From an uncultured delta proteobacterium (GTDB taxonomy: Bacteria; Desulfobacterota; Desulfobacteria; Desulfobacterales; JAFDCJ01), in assembly GCA_963769935.1 (NCBI GenBank), contig CAVYNY010000011.1:96001-160000 (forward strand): a DNA stretch of 64,000 nt, given 5' to 3'. The translations under genes were made by a program, and so were the position numbers. Shown piece by piece: positions 11,508 to 21,204 of the stretch (positions within the stretch are counted from its first letter, which is position 1; each line of letters starts with the position of its first letter). Below the pieces are notes generated by a model. It was not told the origin of the DNA. It did no database searches and was given only the letters and a program-made list of their open reading frames with translations.

Positions 11508-11766
11508 AAAACGTTCCAATTGGATTTTAAATTATCATTTGACCAACCAGCGCATGCTTGATACGGTAATTAAGGCGTGAGTTTTTCAAATTGCACCGGG
11601 GCCATGTGCTTCAGGTTGGGATCACGCCACCTCAGCAAATTTACCCGTCCTGAACCATTCTAAAGGATCGAAGTGGCTGGGGTCCACGCCTCAAACAATG
11701 ACCGCAACCTCTTAAAATTATAAAGTATATAATCAATAACGCAGGGCATATGGCCTGACCATTTAG

Positions 11767-11800
11767 ACCCCGGTTCTTTATTGGAGCTGGGGTTTTTTTT
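11767..11800 (+). terminator. Intrinsic terminator-like hairpin
   Basis: ACCCCGGTTC/GAGCTGGGGT stem followed by a T-tract. Confidence 0.55.
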
Positions 11801-12074
11801 GACCCTCGGAGGCCATGATAGCCCCTATCGTGACAACATTTTATATACCATCAGTATATCGCAATATATTAAGGAGTTACTTAATGGCAGATATGGGCAA
11901 GCTGTAATTTGAAGACAGCACATTTTGCAATCTTCCTGTATATCATTACAGGCTATAGGATAAACAGGTCTCTATAATCATTCATTGTGAGGATATAGTT
12001 AATTTAGGTAGTAATTATGCGGTTATCAGAGAAAACAATTGAATTAAGCTTTTGTTCACAATATGGCCGAGCCT

Positions 12075-12654
12075 GTATTATAGTTCGCGGAATTGAACGC
12101 CGGAAATTCTTCTGGGACGATGAAGATCGTAATTCCTTTGTAAAGCGACTGGGACAGGTTCTGATTGAGACGCAAACCGATTGTTTTGCCTGGGCATTGA
12201 TCCCCCCGCCCACCTGTTGCTGCGTACAAACCTTACGCCAATCAGCGTGGTCATGAGAAGGCTTTTGACAGGATATGCTGTAGAATTTAACCTGCGGCAC
12301 CGCCGTCATGGCCATCTTTTTCTCTCCGAGGCGTGGGCTCTACGAGCCGGAGGCAGAATCGCTACCCCAGTTAAATGGGTCCTGATATCAATAACATCCG
12401 GAATAAAACCTTTTTGAGTTTGGAGCCGGAAATCGTAACGCGCCGGGGTCGATACCCGGATACGGTGGAAGCACGCAGCGTGTTATGATACTGGGCAGCT
12501 CGGGAACTTGGCATCAGCACCTTGGAGCTTTCCAAAAGGCTTGGCATTTCGCAACTTACGGCCAGCCAGTCGGTAAAACGGGGCGAATAGATTGTAAAAG
12601 AAAAGGGACTTAAGCTAATCAGGTAATTTATTCCAATATATCAATATCCGTCCC
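12075..12654 (+). pseudogene. Decayed Y1/HUH (RAYT/IS200-like) transposase, internally deleted
   Basis: IIVRGIERR..F...DR..F, CFAWALIP..HLLL, LLTGYA..FN.RH.RHGHLF(Q)NRY across frames; C-terminal HTH ARSVL*YWAARELG; ends at CGTCCC. Confidence 0.82.
12323..12354 (+). mobile_element. 32-nt palindromic mini-insertion (copy 1)
   Basis: TCTCCGAGGCGTGGGCTCTACGAGCCGGAGGC splits the CAG codon of the transposase GHLFQNRY motif. Confidence 0.75.
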
Positions 12655-12754
12655 TAATTACACATATAATATCTGATTAGCCTAATGGGCAGCAAAGTTA
12701 TGCCCCAAACGGGGTGTCGCCTGTTTGGTTAGCCGTTGGCGAAGGCTGATGGCT

Positions 12755-12831
12755 ACTGAGGAACCGTATGAGGGGGTCCTTCACGTAGGGGTCTGTGGGG
12801 AGGGCGCCGGGTAACCGGTGCCTTTACCCGG
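12755..12831 (+). mobile_element. Group II intron 3' remnant (domains V and VI), no RT ORF
   Basis: GAACCGTATGAGGG-GGTC-CTTCACGTAGGGGTC (DV-like) followed by TGTGGGGAGGGCGCCGG-GTAA-CCGGTGCCTTTACCCG (DVI-like). Confidence 0.75.
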
Positions 12832-12920
12832 AAGCAGACGGCGTGAAAATCGCGGTTTATCGTAAAGAGCGTACAAAATTGGTCTGAATTTGGGCCGCTG
12901 TTCACCGAAGGTCGTTCGGC
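12831..12920 (+). other. Truncated attC site (left part replaced by intron)
   Basis: GAAGCAGACGGC...GCCGCTGTTCACC arms and core GTTCGGC at 12914-12920, complementary to GCCGAAC at 13480. Confidence 0.65.
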
Positions 12921-12933
12921 TTAAACTTGGATC

Positions 12934-12961
12934 TTGACATTTTCATAATTATAAGTACAAT
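12934..12961 (+). promoter_or_regulatory. Sigma70 promoter of the TA cassette (probably leaderless mRNA)
   Basis: TTGACA-N16-TACAAT, 6 nt before the ATG at 12968; GTACAATGTAC inverted repeat overlaps the -10. Confidence 0.7.
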
Positions 12962-12967
12962 GTACAT

Positions 12968-13261
12968 ATGACTGAATTGCGATTTGAATGGGATAAACGG
13001 AAGGAAAAGGCTAATGAAAAAAAACATGGCATTTCTTTCGATGAAGCACGTACGGTTTTTTACGACGAGAATGCAATTCAATTTTTTGACCCAGACCATT
13101 CTGATGATGAAGACCGTTTCATTCTACTTGGAATAAGTTTTAAATTAAGGGTTCTCGTCGTCTGCCACTGTTTTCGGGAAAGTGATACAATTATTAGAAT
13201 TATATCTGCCAGAAAAGCTGATGGCGATGAAGAAAATGAATATTGGGAGTACAGAAAATGA
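12968..13261 (+). CDS. brnT: BrnT family type II toxin
   Basis: FEWD..K...N..KHGISF.EA..VF.D, E.RF..LG, RIISARKA. Confidence 0.95.
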   Translation: MTELRFEWDKRKEKANEKKHGISFDEARTVFYDENAIQFFDPDHSDDEDRFILLGISFKLRVLVVCHCFRESDTIIRIISARKADGDEENEYWEYRK

Positions 13262-13503
13262 GAGACCATTACGATTTTTCCAAAATGAAGGGGCGCAAAA
13301 ATCCTTATATAAAAAATTTAAAACAACCGGTTACTATGCGTCTGGACCGTGATACTGTTTCGTATTTCAAATCCATGTCTGAGGAAACCGGTATTCCTTA
13401 CCAAACCCTTATCAATCTTTATCTTCGTGACTGCGCCGTTACCCAACGGAAACTAAACATGAATTGGCATACTGAAAATGCCGAACAAGGCGCTTCAAAT
13501 TGA
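13258..13503 (+). CDS. brnA: BrnA family antitoxin
   Basis: ATGA overlap with brnT; YDFS, K.PVTMRLD, YFK, GIPYQTLINLYL. Confidence 0.93.
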   Translation: MRDHYDFSKMKGRKNPYIKNLKQPVTMRLDRDTVSYFKSMSEETGIPYQTLINLYLRDCAVTQRKLNMNWHTENAEQGASN

Positions 13504-13615
13504 CCGGAAGGGCCGCACGGCTTTTGCTGTTAAAGCCATTTTTTTCAAGTTCAGCATTTCGGTTGTTTCTGCTATTACCAAGGATCCCTTCCGGTAAGTG
13601 AGCTTTTCGTTCCGC
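13480..13615 (+). other. attC site (136 bp)
   Basis: Inverse core GCCGAAC, L boxes, CCGGAAGGG/CCCTTCCGG stem, core GTTCCGC. Confidence 0.75.
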
Positions 13616-13759
13616 AGGCGCGCAGCGCCGCTTCGCGGCAGACTGCTGCACGCCTGCGGAATGCCCGAGTTGCCGGTGCCCGGCCGCCCGTCTGGCTCCT
13701 TGGCGCTACGCGCCTGCGGAACCAAATGTTCGACCGGCAAATTTTCCCGAATAACCAGG

Positions 13760-14086
13760 CAACTTCGTTACCGTTGTGCAGGCCACAGTACATTAATGGA
13801 CAAATGGCCCAATGAATGGCAAAACACGGAATACATTTTATCTCTGTTTGGTGTCAAGACCTCGGTAGCGCGTCGCTCATACAGCAAATTTGTACGGTGA
13901 AAGCACGCAGCGTGTTATGATACTGGGCAGCTCGGGAACTTGGCATCAGCACCTTGGAGCTTTCCAAAAGGCTTGGCATTTCACAACCTACGTCCAGCCA
14001 GTCGGTAAAACGGGGCGAAATGATTGTATAAGAAAAGAGACTTAAGCTGATCGGGCAACTTATCCCAATATTTCAATACCCGTCCC
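13760..14086 (+). pseudogene. Second decayed Y1 transposase fragment; 13901-14086 is a direct repeat of 12469-12654
   Basis: Y..AGHSTLM.K....WQNTEYILSLFG....ARRSYSKFV, then the same HTH-coding tail with the same premature TGA and the same CGTCCC end. Confidence 0.8.
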
Positions 14087-14247
14087 AAATTACTCCCTGA
14101 AATGAAAATCCCGAAAATAATATAAGATTTGACAGGAAATATAATTGTGTCATTGAATCAAATCCTTGTGAAGTTATTGAGCTTATTGCCTTTCAACATC
14201 AGGTTCTAATTAATCATTTAACGACATCTGCGGGATGGAGGTGCAAA

Positions 14248-15588
14248 ATGCAAGGGGCAAAATTCCAAGAAAAAAGCTACTGGATGACTACACGAAATTA
14301 TTCTCCCGGCGAACCGCTGCAAGAAGACATCGATGTCGATGTGGCGATCGTGGGCGGCGGTTTTACGGGACTGTCTTCCGCCTACCACATTAAAAAGGCC
14401 GAACCGAATCTGAGAATCGCGCTGCTGGAAAACCAGATCATCGGTTTTGGGGCCAGCGGCCGCAACGGCGGATTCAACATGACGCTGTTCGGTCTGACAC
14501 TGAGCATTACGGCTCTTCGATTCGGCAAGCAAAAAGCCAGGGAAGCCCATCATTATATGGAGCGCGCGGTGGACTATCTGAAGGAACTGATATCCGAATT
14601 GAAGATCGACTGCGATTATGAGCATCCTGGTTTTTTGCGGGTGGCTACCTCTGAAAAATATAAAAAACGAATCCTGCATGAAATCAAGCTGGCCCATGAA
14701 CTGGGCCTGGAGGGCATTGAGTGGCTCGAAAAAGATAAGGCCCGGGAGCAGGTGCAAAGCTCCATGTATCTGGGTGCCTGGTGGGAGCCCCGCTGCGGCA
14801 TTCTCAACCCGGCCAAGCTGGCCTGGGGCTGGGTTGACGTTATCCGGCCCCTGGGCGTTGGAATATATGAAAACAGCCCGGTGGTGCAGATTGCCAGAGA
14901 AAACGGTAAAGTGCGACTCGATACACCCAATGGCAGCGTGCGTGCCGATAAGGTTGTGATGGCAACCAACGCCTGGTCTCATTTATTTAAAGAACTCAAG
15001 CGAAAACAGGTTCCGGCATGGACTCACATTGTGATGACCGAACCCTTAAAAGAAGCGCACTTTCAGGAAATCGGGTGGCAGAATCGGCAGGGCATCGAAG
15101 ATGCACGCAACCTGGTTCATTACTATCGGCTGACAATTGACAACCAGCTCGTGATGGGCGGACGCGACGTCTCGGTGAGCTACGGAACCGACATGGATAA
15201 AGATCTGAACCCGGTCACCTTTGAAGGATTGAAAAATGATGTGCGTGAACTTTTCCCCGTATTAAAGGACATAAAATTTACCCATGAATGGGGCGGACCG
15301 GTCTCCGTGCCGTTGGACATGGCGCCGGCCATCGGATACGCCGGGGATAAAAATGTCGTCTACAGCCTGGGGACCGTGGGTCATGGGGTCAGCATGACCC
15401 AGTTGAACGGGCGAACCGTGGCGGATTTGATTCTGGAACGTCAAACAGATTTGACCGATGTGTTTTTCGTTAACCGTCGAACCATTCCCTGGCCGCCGGA
15501 GCCGTTGCGCAACCTGGCCATTAAGGCGATTCTCGGCTACATGCACTGGGAGGATCGAAACTACGACCCTCCCCAAGTAAATCTTTAA
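14248..15588 (+). CDS. FAD-dependent oxidoreductase (DadA/PuuB-like)
   Basis: [29 protein letters not shown] motifs. Confidence 0.92.
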   Translation: MQGAKFQEKSYWMTTRNYSPGEPLQEDIDVDVAIVGGGFTGLSSAYHIKKAEPNLRIALLENQIIGFGASGRNGGFNMTLFGLTLSITALRFGKQKAREAHHYMERAVDYLKELISELKIDCDYEHPGFLRVATSEKYKKRILHEIKLAHELGLEGIEWLEKDKAREQVQSSMYLGAWWEPRCGILNPAKLAWGWVDVIRPLGVGIYENSPVVQIARENGKVRLDTPNGSVRADKVVMATNAWSHLFKELKRKQVPAWTHIVMTEPLKEAHFQEIGWQNRQGIEDARNLVHYYRLTIDNQLVMGGRDVSVSYGTDMDKDLNPVTFEGLKNDVRELFPVLKDIKFTHEWGGPVSVPLDMAPAIGYAGDKNVVYSLGTVGHGVSMTQLNGRTVADLILERQTDLTDVFFVNRRTIPWPPEPLRNLAIKAILGYMHWEDRNYDPPQVNL

Positions 15589-15670
15589 TCGGTTTTTCTC
15601 TCTTCGACCAGGCTTGAAAGAAGACTTTTGCGATGGTAACAAATAACTGAGGGGACGGGGTGCTATTTTT

Positions 15671-15744
15671 GTCATGCCCGCGCAGGCGGGCATCCAGTCT
15701 ACTCGGCACTTCATTTTCTGGATTCCTGCCTTCGCAGGAAAGAC
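15671..15744. repeat. CGTC-type REP inverted pair
   Basis: GTCATGCCCGCGCAGGCGGGCATCCAG ... CTGGATTCCTGCCTTCGCAGGAAAGAC. Confidence 0.8.
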
Positions 15745-15853
15745 GGACAAGTTCATGATATACTCCCCGAGTGCTCAAACAACTAATAACCAATAACCTT
15801 TAACAAATTACTCCCATTGCGTCCTGGCACAATGGGGTTTTGGGGGGCGCAAA

Positions 15854-16230
15854 ATGAAAGACGCGATCGTCTTTGGTGACCGGATGATGCCGATAACGCT
15901 GCCCGATGATGTCCGGCTTGCTCCGCCGGGACTATCTACGACCCTCCCGGCGGCGGAGAATATCGAGGAAGCCATCCGCAGCGCGCTGCTGGAACCGTTG
16001 GGTCGGCCGCCGCTGCAGGCGCTGGTTAAATCCGATTACAGGGTGACCATTGCCTTTGATGACCCCAGCGTGCCCTGCTTTGCGCCAACGGCCTGCACCG
16101 CAAATTTACCCGTCGCGAGCCGGCCCAAATTCTTGGGGAAGACCTCGTCAATGAATTCAGATACCGCTTGATCTGCCACGATGCCGAGGATCGGGAAAAT
16201 TTGCGAACTGCTGATCAATGTTCGCATCGA
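15854..16230 (+). pseudogene. Lactate racemase (LarA)-like N-terminal remnant
   Basis: AL.EPLG.PPL..L...RVTIAFDDPS then, in another frame, ANGLHRKFT and LICHDAED; truncated. Confidence 0.7.
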
Positions 16231-16282
16231 TTACGTTATTATCAGCAATAATGAAATCCGTGAAGATCCGTGTCCCAAACTT

Positions 16283-17284
16283 TTAATCGGAATAGTGGGA
16301 AATTTTGGCCGGGTCTAGGATCTGGCTTTGGTAGTTGGCGGCCGAGTCTTTCGATTTCTCAGTGATTACCCGATCGTCCCGGGATATCTGGTAGCGTTCC
16401 AAATAGCCGCGATCCTGAAGCTCCTTCAGTCCGGCGCGCACTTTGTCCTTTAAGCGGCGGTTTTCCAGATCGTTTTCCAGGTTTACCGCCCGGGCCAGGC
16501 GCAGGATGTCGAGGCTGGATTCCCGCTCGTACTGGCCCTGGTAATATCGATAAAAGGCCTTGCTGACATCTGATTTGAGGCTGGATCTGAATTTTAAGTC
16601 AATATTGGTCACAAAGCTGGCGGCGTACATTTCCAGAAAGTAGGGGTTGATCACCACCCGGATGCTGCCGGTTTCCCGGTCGATATCGGCAAAACTCAAA
16701 ATTGATCCGGTCAACTCTTTTAAGTCTTTGCGTTTTTTGCCCTTGCCGGTGAAAAGTTCGAGATCGATGCGGGTTCCGGCCAGGCGCTGGATGCTTTTCC
16801 AGATGGCAGCATACGCGTTGGGGGTCGGCTGGACATCTGCCAGGAAACTTAATTCGTCCTGGTTGGTTTCAAAGGCATCGCTTTGAAATTTTGTCATCAA
16901 GGCCAGCAGCGCGAACAATATCGTCTCGTCAAAAATGATGAGAAGCTCGCCCACCACCCGCATTCTGCCCCAGGAATCTCCATCGCCGGAATCCAGACGG
17001 ACCAGGGGCCATTCTGCGGACTTCATCTTACCTTTGAAGTGAAACGGGGAGACCCGGGTCAACATGGTGGGCATGAAGCTGAAAAACCGCTGCACCGGCG
17101 GCTGCCGGCTGATGTGTTTTTTAACAAATTCGGAGGCATTCCGGATGATCTGTCGGCCGGCCAACCGATGGACGGCAGTTTCGATGGCAGCATCCGAGGA
17201 TGTTTTGGCTTCATAGAGTTTTTGTTCGTCGGTGACTTCTGGTTTGGCCGGGGTCTTCGTCGGGTCCTGCATGCGTTGCCTCAT
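16283..17284 (-). CDS. Putative winged-helix replication initiator (TrfA/RepC-like)
   Basis: G.LL..FDE.ILFALL, AIWKSIQRL, GSILSF, VVINP, ID...R..LKS..SKAFY.YY, R.GL.ELQ..GYL pattern resembles plasmid Rep proteins. Confidence 0.55.
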   Translation of the reverse strand: MRQRMQDPTKTPAKPEVTDEQKLYEAKTSSDAAIETAVHRLAGRQIIRNASEFVKKHISRQPPVQRFFSFMPTMLTRVSPFHFKGKMKSAEWPLVRLDSGDGDSWGRMRVVGELLIIFDETILFALLALMTKFQSDAFETNQDELSFLADVQPTPNAYAAIWKSIQRLAGTRIDLELFTGKGKKRKDLKELTGSILSFADIDRETGSIRVVINPYFLEMYAASFVTNIDLKFRSSLKSDVSKAFYRYYQGQYERESSLDILRLARAVNLENDLENRRLKDKVRAGLKELQDRGYLERYQISRDDRVITEKSKDSAANYQSQILDPAKISHYSD

Positions 17285-17331
17285 GTTTTTTTCTAAGTTG
17301 TGCTTCTGATTTCAACAGTCTCAAGTTAATT

Positions 17332-17529
17332 TTAAACTGAAACCAATCCCGGTACGAATTTGAAATGCTGATCCTTAGAATATAGCTTTAAGCCATGTTG
17401 CAAGGCAATGGCTGCGATCCAGACGTCATTTGTCGGTATGGGTTTCCCCTTTTTTCTCAATCCGGTTAGTATTTCGGCATAAAACTCTGCTGTATCTTCA
17501 TACGCATTTTCAAATTCGATGTCAAACAA
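17332..17529 (-). pseudogene. PIN-domain (VapC) toxin C-terminal remnant
   Basis: L...GKPIPTNDVWIAA.A....L.L.S.D.HF; N-terminal half and antitoxin absent. Confidence 0.8.
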
Positions 17530-17628
17530 TTGAGTTGTAAAAGTATATTCGAATACTTATTTTACATCAAAATACAATCCAGCGGCCAACTTTGAGACAA
17601 ATCATTCCTATAAAAATGGAGATAAATT

Positions 17629-18648
17629 ATGATCCTTTATAACGAAAATCTGAACGAGGGGCTGCTTGAGTTCGGCATCGAGATCCCGGTGCTTGCCAGC
17701 CGGGCTGTCAAAACCTTTGAATATTTAAAATCTCATCCAATCCTGGGTCCGCAGATCGATCGATGGCACGTCCCGAAAATCGCAGAGCAGATTTCCAAAG
17801 AAGATCTGCTCCGGGTACACTCAAATGAGTATGTGGAGAAGCTATACTCAAACGGACTCGAACAGGAGATTATTCGAACCTTCGAATTAATCGACGATCA
17901 GGGCAATTATTATCGGTATAACCCGGATAAAGCCACGCTCCCGTTGTCCCGGCTGTTTGACCGAACCCTGACCACGGTGGCCAGCACGGTACAATGCGGC
18001 CGGGTGGCCCTGGAGAAAAATTTTTGTTTTGCCCTTCGCGGCGGCATGCATCATGGCCAATTCAGTTACGGCAACGGCTTTTGCATGCTCAACGACCTTG
18101 TGATTGCCATCCGCAAACTGCAGGCCGAAAACCGGATCCGTACCGCCTGGGTGATCGATGTCGATGCCCACAAGGGCGACGGAACGGCGGCGCTGACCCA
18201 CGGTGATGACTCCATTACAACTCTCAGCATCCACATGGCCCATGGCTGGCCCCTGGATGGCGCGGAATTTGATGCGGCCGGCAACCTCAACCCGTCTTTT
18301 ATTGCCAGCGATATCGACATTCCCATGGCCCGGGGGGAGGATCATTTATATGTTGCCAGGCTGCAGAAAGGGCTCGATCAACTTGAAAGCTTCCCAAAAC
18401 CGGATCTGGCCGTGGTCGTCGCCGGCTCCGATCCCTACGAAAAAGACGAACTGCCCTCCACCAGCGATCTGAGATTGTCGCTTGAGCAGCTAAAAGAGCG
18501 TGATCGACTTGTATATGGGTTTTTGAAAGCGTGCGGGATACCCGGGGCTTTTGTAATGGCCGGCGGTTACGGGGAGCACTCCTGGAAAGTTTATGCCCAG
18601 TTTCTGGAATGGGCCTTGCTGGACAGCCTTAACCTTAACGCTGCCTAA
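17629..18648 (+). CDS. Histone deacetylase family (Zn-dependent amidohydrolase)
   Basis: GGMHH, GFCMLND, IDVDAHKGDGT, SIH, GSDP, GGY. Confidence 0.93.
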   Translation: MILYNENLNEGLLEFGIEIPVLASRAVKTFEYLKSHPILGPQIDRWHVPKIAEQISKEDLLRVHSNEYVEKLYSNGLEQEIIRTFELIDDQGNYYRYNPDKATLPLSRLFDRTLTTVASTVQCGRVALEKNFCFALRGGMHHGQFSYGNGFCMLNDLVIAIRKLQAENRIRTAWVIDVDAHKGDGTAALTHGDDSITTLSIHMAHGWPLDGAEFDAAGNLNPSFIASDIDIPMARGEDHLYVARLQKGLDQLESFPKPDLAVVVAGSDPYEKDELPSTSDLRLSLEQLKERDRLVYGFLKACGIPGAFVMAGGYGEHSWKVYAQFLEWALLDSLNLNAA

Positions 18649-18799
18649 ATCTGTATCCATAATTCAAAAGGTGTAGACATAAGACCGCCGCTTTTGCGAA
18701 ATAGATGCCGGATGCTCGATACTTGATGCTGGATATGCAGGAATGCACCCGGAAAACTTTGAACATTCTCATCACTTTCAAAAAGGATTGCCGCCGCGC

Positions 18800-18997
18800 C
18801 CCATGAGCAAACCCTGGGATAAGGTCAATCCCAACAGCGGGCATTATGCCATCGTAGATCTGCAGAAATTGGGTAAACTAAAATTCTTAATCTACCAGAA
18901 TGTGGACAACCTGCATTTAAAGTTTCACGAAGCAATCGGAGACGTGCTGCCCAGGGCGGTGAAAAGATTGAAACGGCAGATGGAATTGTTCGAATGA
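18800..18997 (+). pseudogene. Sirtuin (Sir2 NAD-dependent deacylase) remnant with internal deletion
   Basis: PNSGHYAIV.L...GKLKFLI.QNVDNLH fused directly to the C-terminal IGDVLP segment. Confidence 0.75.
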
Positions 18998-19037
18998 TGC
19001 CGGCAATCGTGCCAAGAAAGAGCGCCTTTTATTCTTC

Positions 19038-20828
19038 TTACAAATTGTTGCTGTTCGGCTGGCCCATGCGCAAGGGGCCGCCGCGGGCCGTCGGCCACAG
19101 CAGGCAATTGCCGGCGGAGCCCGGGACTGTGAACACATCCATGCCATGGTCGAAAGTTTGCACAAAAATCTCCAGCTGACCGTCACCATCCAAATCCCCG
19201 ACAGTCGGGGCTGCCGGCGCGCCATTGCCATTGCCGTTGTAGCCGGGATTGGGCAGGGGAACATCGTGCAGCAGAGAGCCGTCGGCACCTAAAATTACCA
19301 GGTAGCCGGAATCGGCGACATCAGGGTCACCGTAGGTGGTAAACAGCAATTCCGGCGATCCATCCTGGTTCAAGTCCGCCGCCGTCACCTCGGAGGCATA
19401 CATGACTGCCTTGCCGTGGGTAAAATTAAAGCGCCAGATCTCAGCGGCACCGGCACTGAAAGCATAAACGAACCCGTCATTTAGCGACACAACAATTTCC
19501 GGTAACGCATCTCCCTGGATATTGACCGTGACGGCCGCCGGCACTCCGTTGGGTGGATACCAGCCGGCAACCGTGATGGGAAAATCGCCGTGGGGAAGCT
19601 CTTCCCAGCCGCTTTTGCGCATGGCTGAACGGTCGCCGCTACCGTGGGCGCCTTCCAGGACCATGACGGCATAGGCCTGGGTCTCATATGGAACATTGAA
19701 TTCAACATTCGGAATGCCGACCACTTCATTGCGGCCGTCGCCGTCCAGATCGACAATATTGGGAGGCGAAGCCGTCCACTGGAGCCATTCCTGGCGACTG
19801 GGATGCGGCCAGTCACCGGTATGCAGATGATAGTGGTTTTCTTCCACCTGCGGATCGGCCCAGCGGATGAACTGCCCCCAGGTCATGGGCAGGCCGTAAT
19901 ACGCGCTTTGACGGTTGGAAAAGTAAGGGGATGCATCGATGGCAACACCGTTCGGGTCAAAGGCCTGAATTTGGTGGTTATCATAGGTGACGATGATCTC
20001 CAGCTCGTCATCATCGTCAATGTTGCCGATGCCCACGTTGAGCCCGTAACAGCCGTAGCCGTCATGGCCCTGGCCGTTGCGGTCGACATCGCCGCCGTCG
20101 CCGCTTAAACTATTATACCGCGGCCAGGCCGGATAGCTCAGGCCGGGGGGCTGGAAAATAGATCCATCGTAGGCAAACACAAAGACCTGGGCGCCGCCGT
20201 CCGCCGCGCTCTGGGTCTGGGTTGTGGTGGCGACTACTTCGATCAGGCCGTCGCCGTCAAGATCGGCCGCCGCCAGTCCTCTGACCTCAGGCGATTCACC
20301 GGCTGTCGTTGTATCCGCCGGCCAGCCGCTTTTTAATTGCAAACGACCGCTTCGCCACTCATAGGCATACACTTCATGACCGTTGCCGTAGACGACTTCG
20401 GCGATGCCGTCACCTTCCAGGTCCACCACCACGTGGGGCGCATACACCCGGCCGCTGCCGCCGTCGACCCGATCCAGCAGGGTTCCATCGCTGCCGAAGA
20501 CATAAACCGAATAGTAAGCAGCAATAAGCTCTTTGGCGCCATCGCCTTCCAAATCCGCCACAACCGGCGAAGCATACCAGCTGGTTTGTCCGGTCAGGTT
20601 CATTAAAAATTCGGGCCTTTGGACCTCGCCCCCGCTCGGCCCGGCCTGGCAAACAACATTGCGCTCACCGCCGGTGGCGCTGCCGCTATCCAATTGCCCG
20701 CCATTGGAAGAATTTTCCTGGGATGGGCCGCCCCCGCCGCCGCCGCAGCCAAGTGTCACGGCAACAAAAACTAGCATCCGGAAGCTATAAATCAGCCACA
20801 ACACGAGCCGGCCTGTTGTCGATGTCAT
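19038..20828 (-). CDS. FG-GAP/VCBS repeat lipoprotein
   Basis: TLG-C lipobox plus poly-Gly linker; repeated DL(D/E)GDG..E Ca-binding motifs. Confidence 0.85.
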   Translation of the reverse strand: MTSTTGRLVLWLIYSFRMLVFVAVTLGCGGGGGGPSQENSSNGGQLDSGSATGGERNVVCQAGPSGGEVQRPEFLMNLTGQTSWYASPVVADLEGDGAKELIAAYYSVYVFGSDGTLLDRVDGGSGRVYAPHVVVDLEGDGIAEVVYGNGHEVYAYEWRSGRLQLKSGWPADTTTAGESPEVRGLAAADLDGDGLIEVVATTTQTQSAADGGAQVFVFAYDGSIFQPPGLSYPAWPRYNSLSGDGGDVDRNGQGHDGYGCYGLNVGIGNIDDDDELEIIVTYDNHQIQAFDPNGVAIDASPYFSNRQSAYYGLPMTWGQFIRWADPQVEENHYHLHTGDWPHPSRQEWLQWTASPPNIVDLDGDGRNEVVGIPNVEFNVPYETQAYAVMVLEGAHGSGDRSAMRKSGWEELPHGDFPITVAGWYPPNGVPAAVTVNIQGDALPEIVVSLNDGFVYAFSAGAAEIWRFNFTHGKAVMYASEVTAADLNQDGSPELLFTTYGDPDVADSGYLVILGADGSLLHDVPLPNPGYNGNGNGAPAAPTVGDLDGDGQLEIFVQTFDHGMDVFTVPGSAGNCLLWPTARGGPLRMGQPNSNNL

Positions 20829-21012
20829 CCTGTGTTACCACCCTTCACTCAAAAGCTGTGAATGACGATCAGCAAATATCGTGCAAGCTTTTTTAAAAAT
20901 ATTATTGTTCTTAATTTCAATTAGTTAGCGCAATGAACCGCCGAGGCGGGTTGGATAATGTGAATGATTTTGGGCAATGGCAGTATACTTTTGAGTAACT
21001 CCATTTTCCTAT

Positions 21013-21134
21013 TGGTAGTATTCTGCGGCTTCGAACCCTATGAAAAACACGAACTGCCATCTGCCGGCGATCTGAGATTGTCTCTTGAGCGACTAAAAGA
21101 GAGCGATCGAATTGTATATAGAGTTTTAAAAACG
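21013..21134 (+). pseudogene. Degenerate duplicate of the 3' part of the HDAC gene (18412-18531)
   Basis: About 83 of 101 bases match by hand alignment of 21034-21134 with 18431-18531. Confidence 0.8.
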
Positions 21135-21204
21135 GCGGCCTAAAGCCCTCAAATTTGAATGGGATCTCCTATTTCCTGCCCCTTTCTAACCAACCGGGCT
21201 GCGG

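Noticed and set aside
20871..20887. Sigma54-like site upstream of the FG-GAP gene (TTGCAC-GATAT-TTGCT)
   Set aside because: Lacks the invariant GG at -24.
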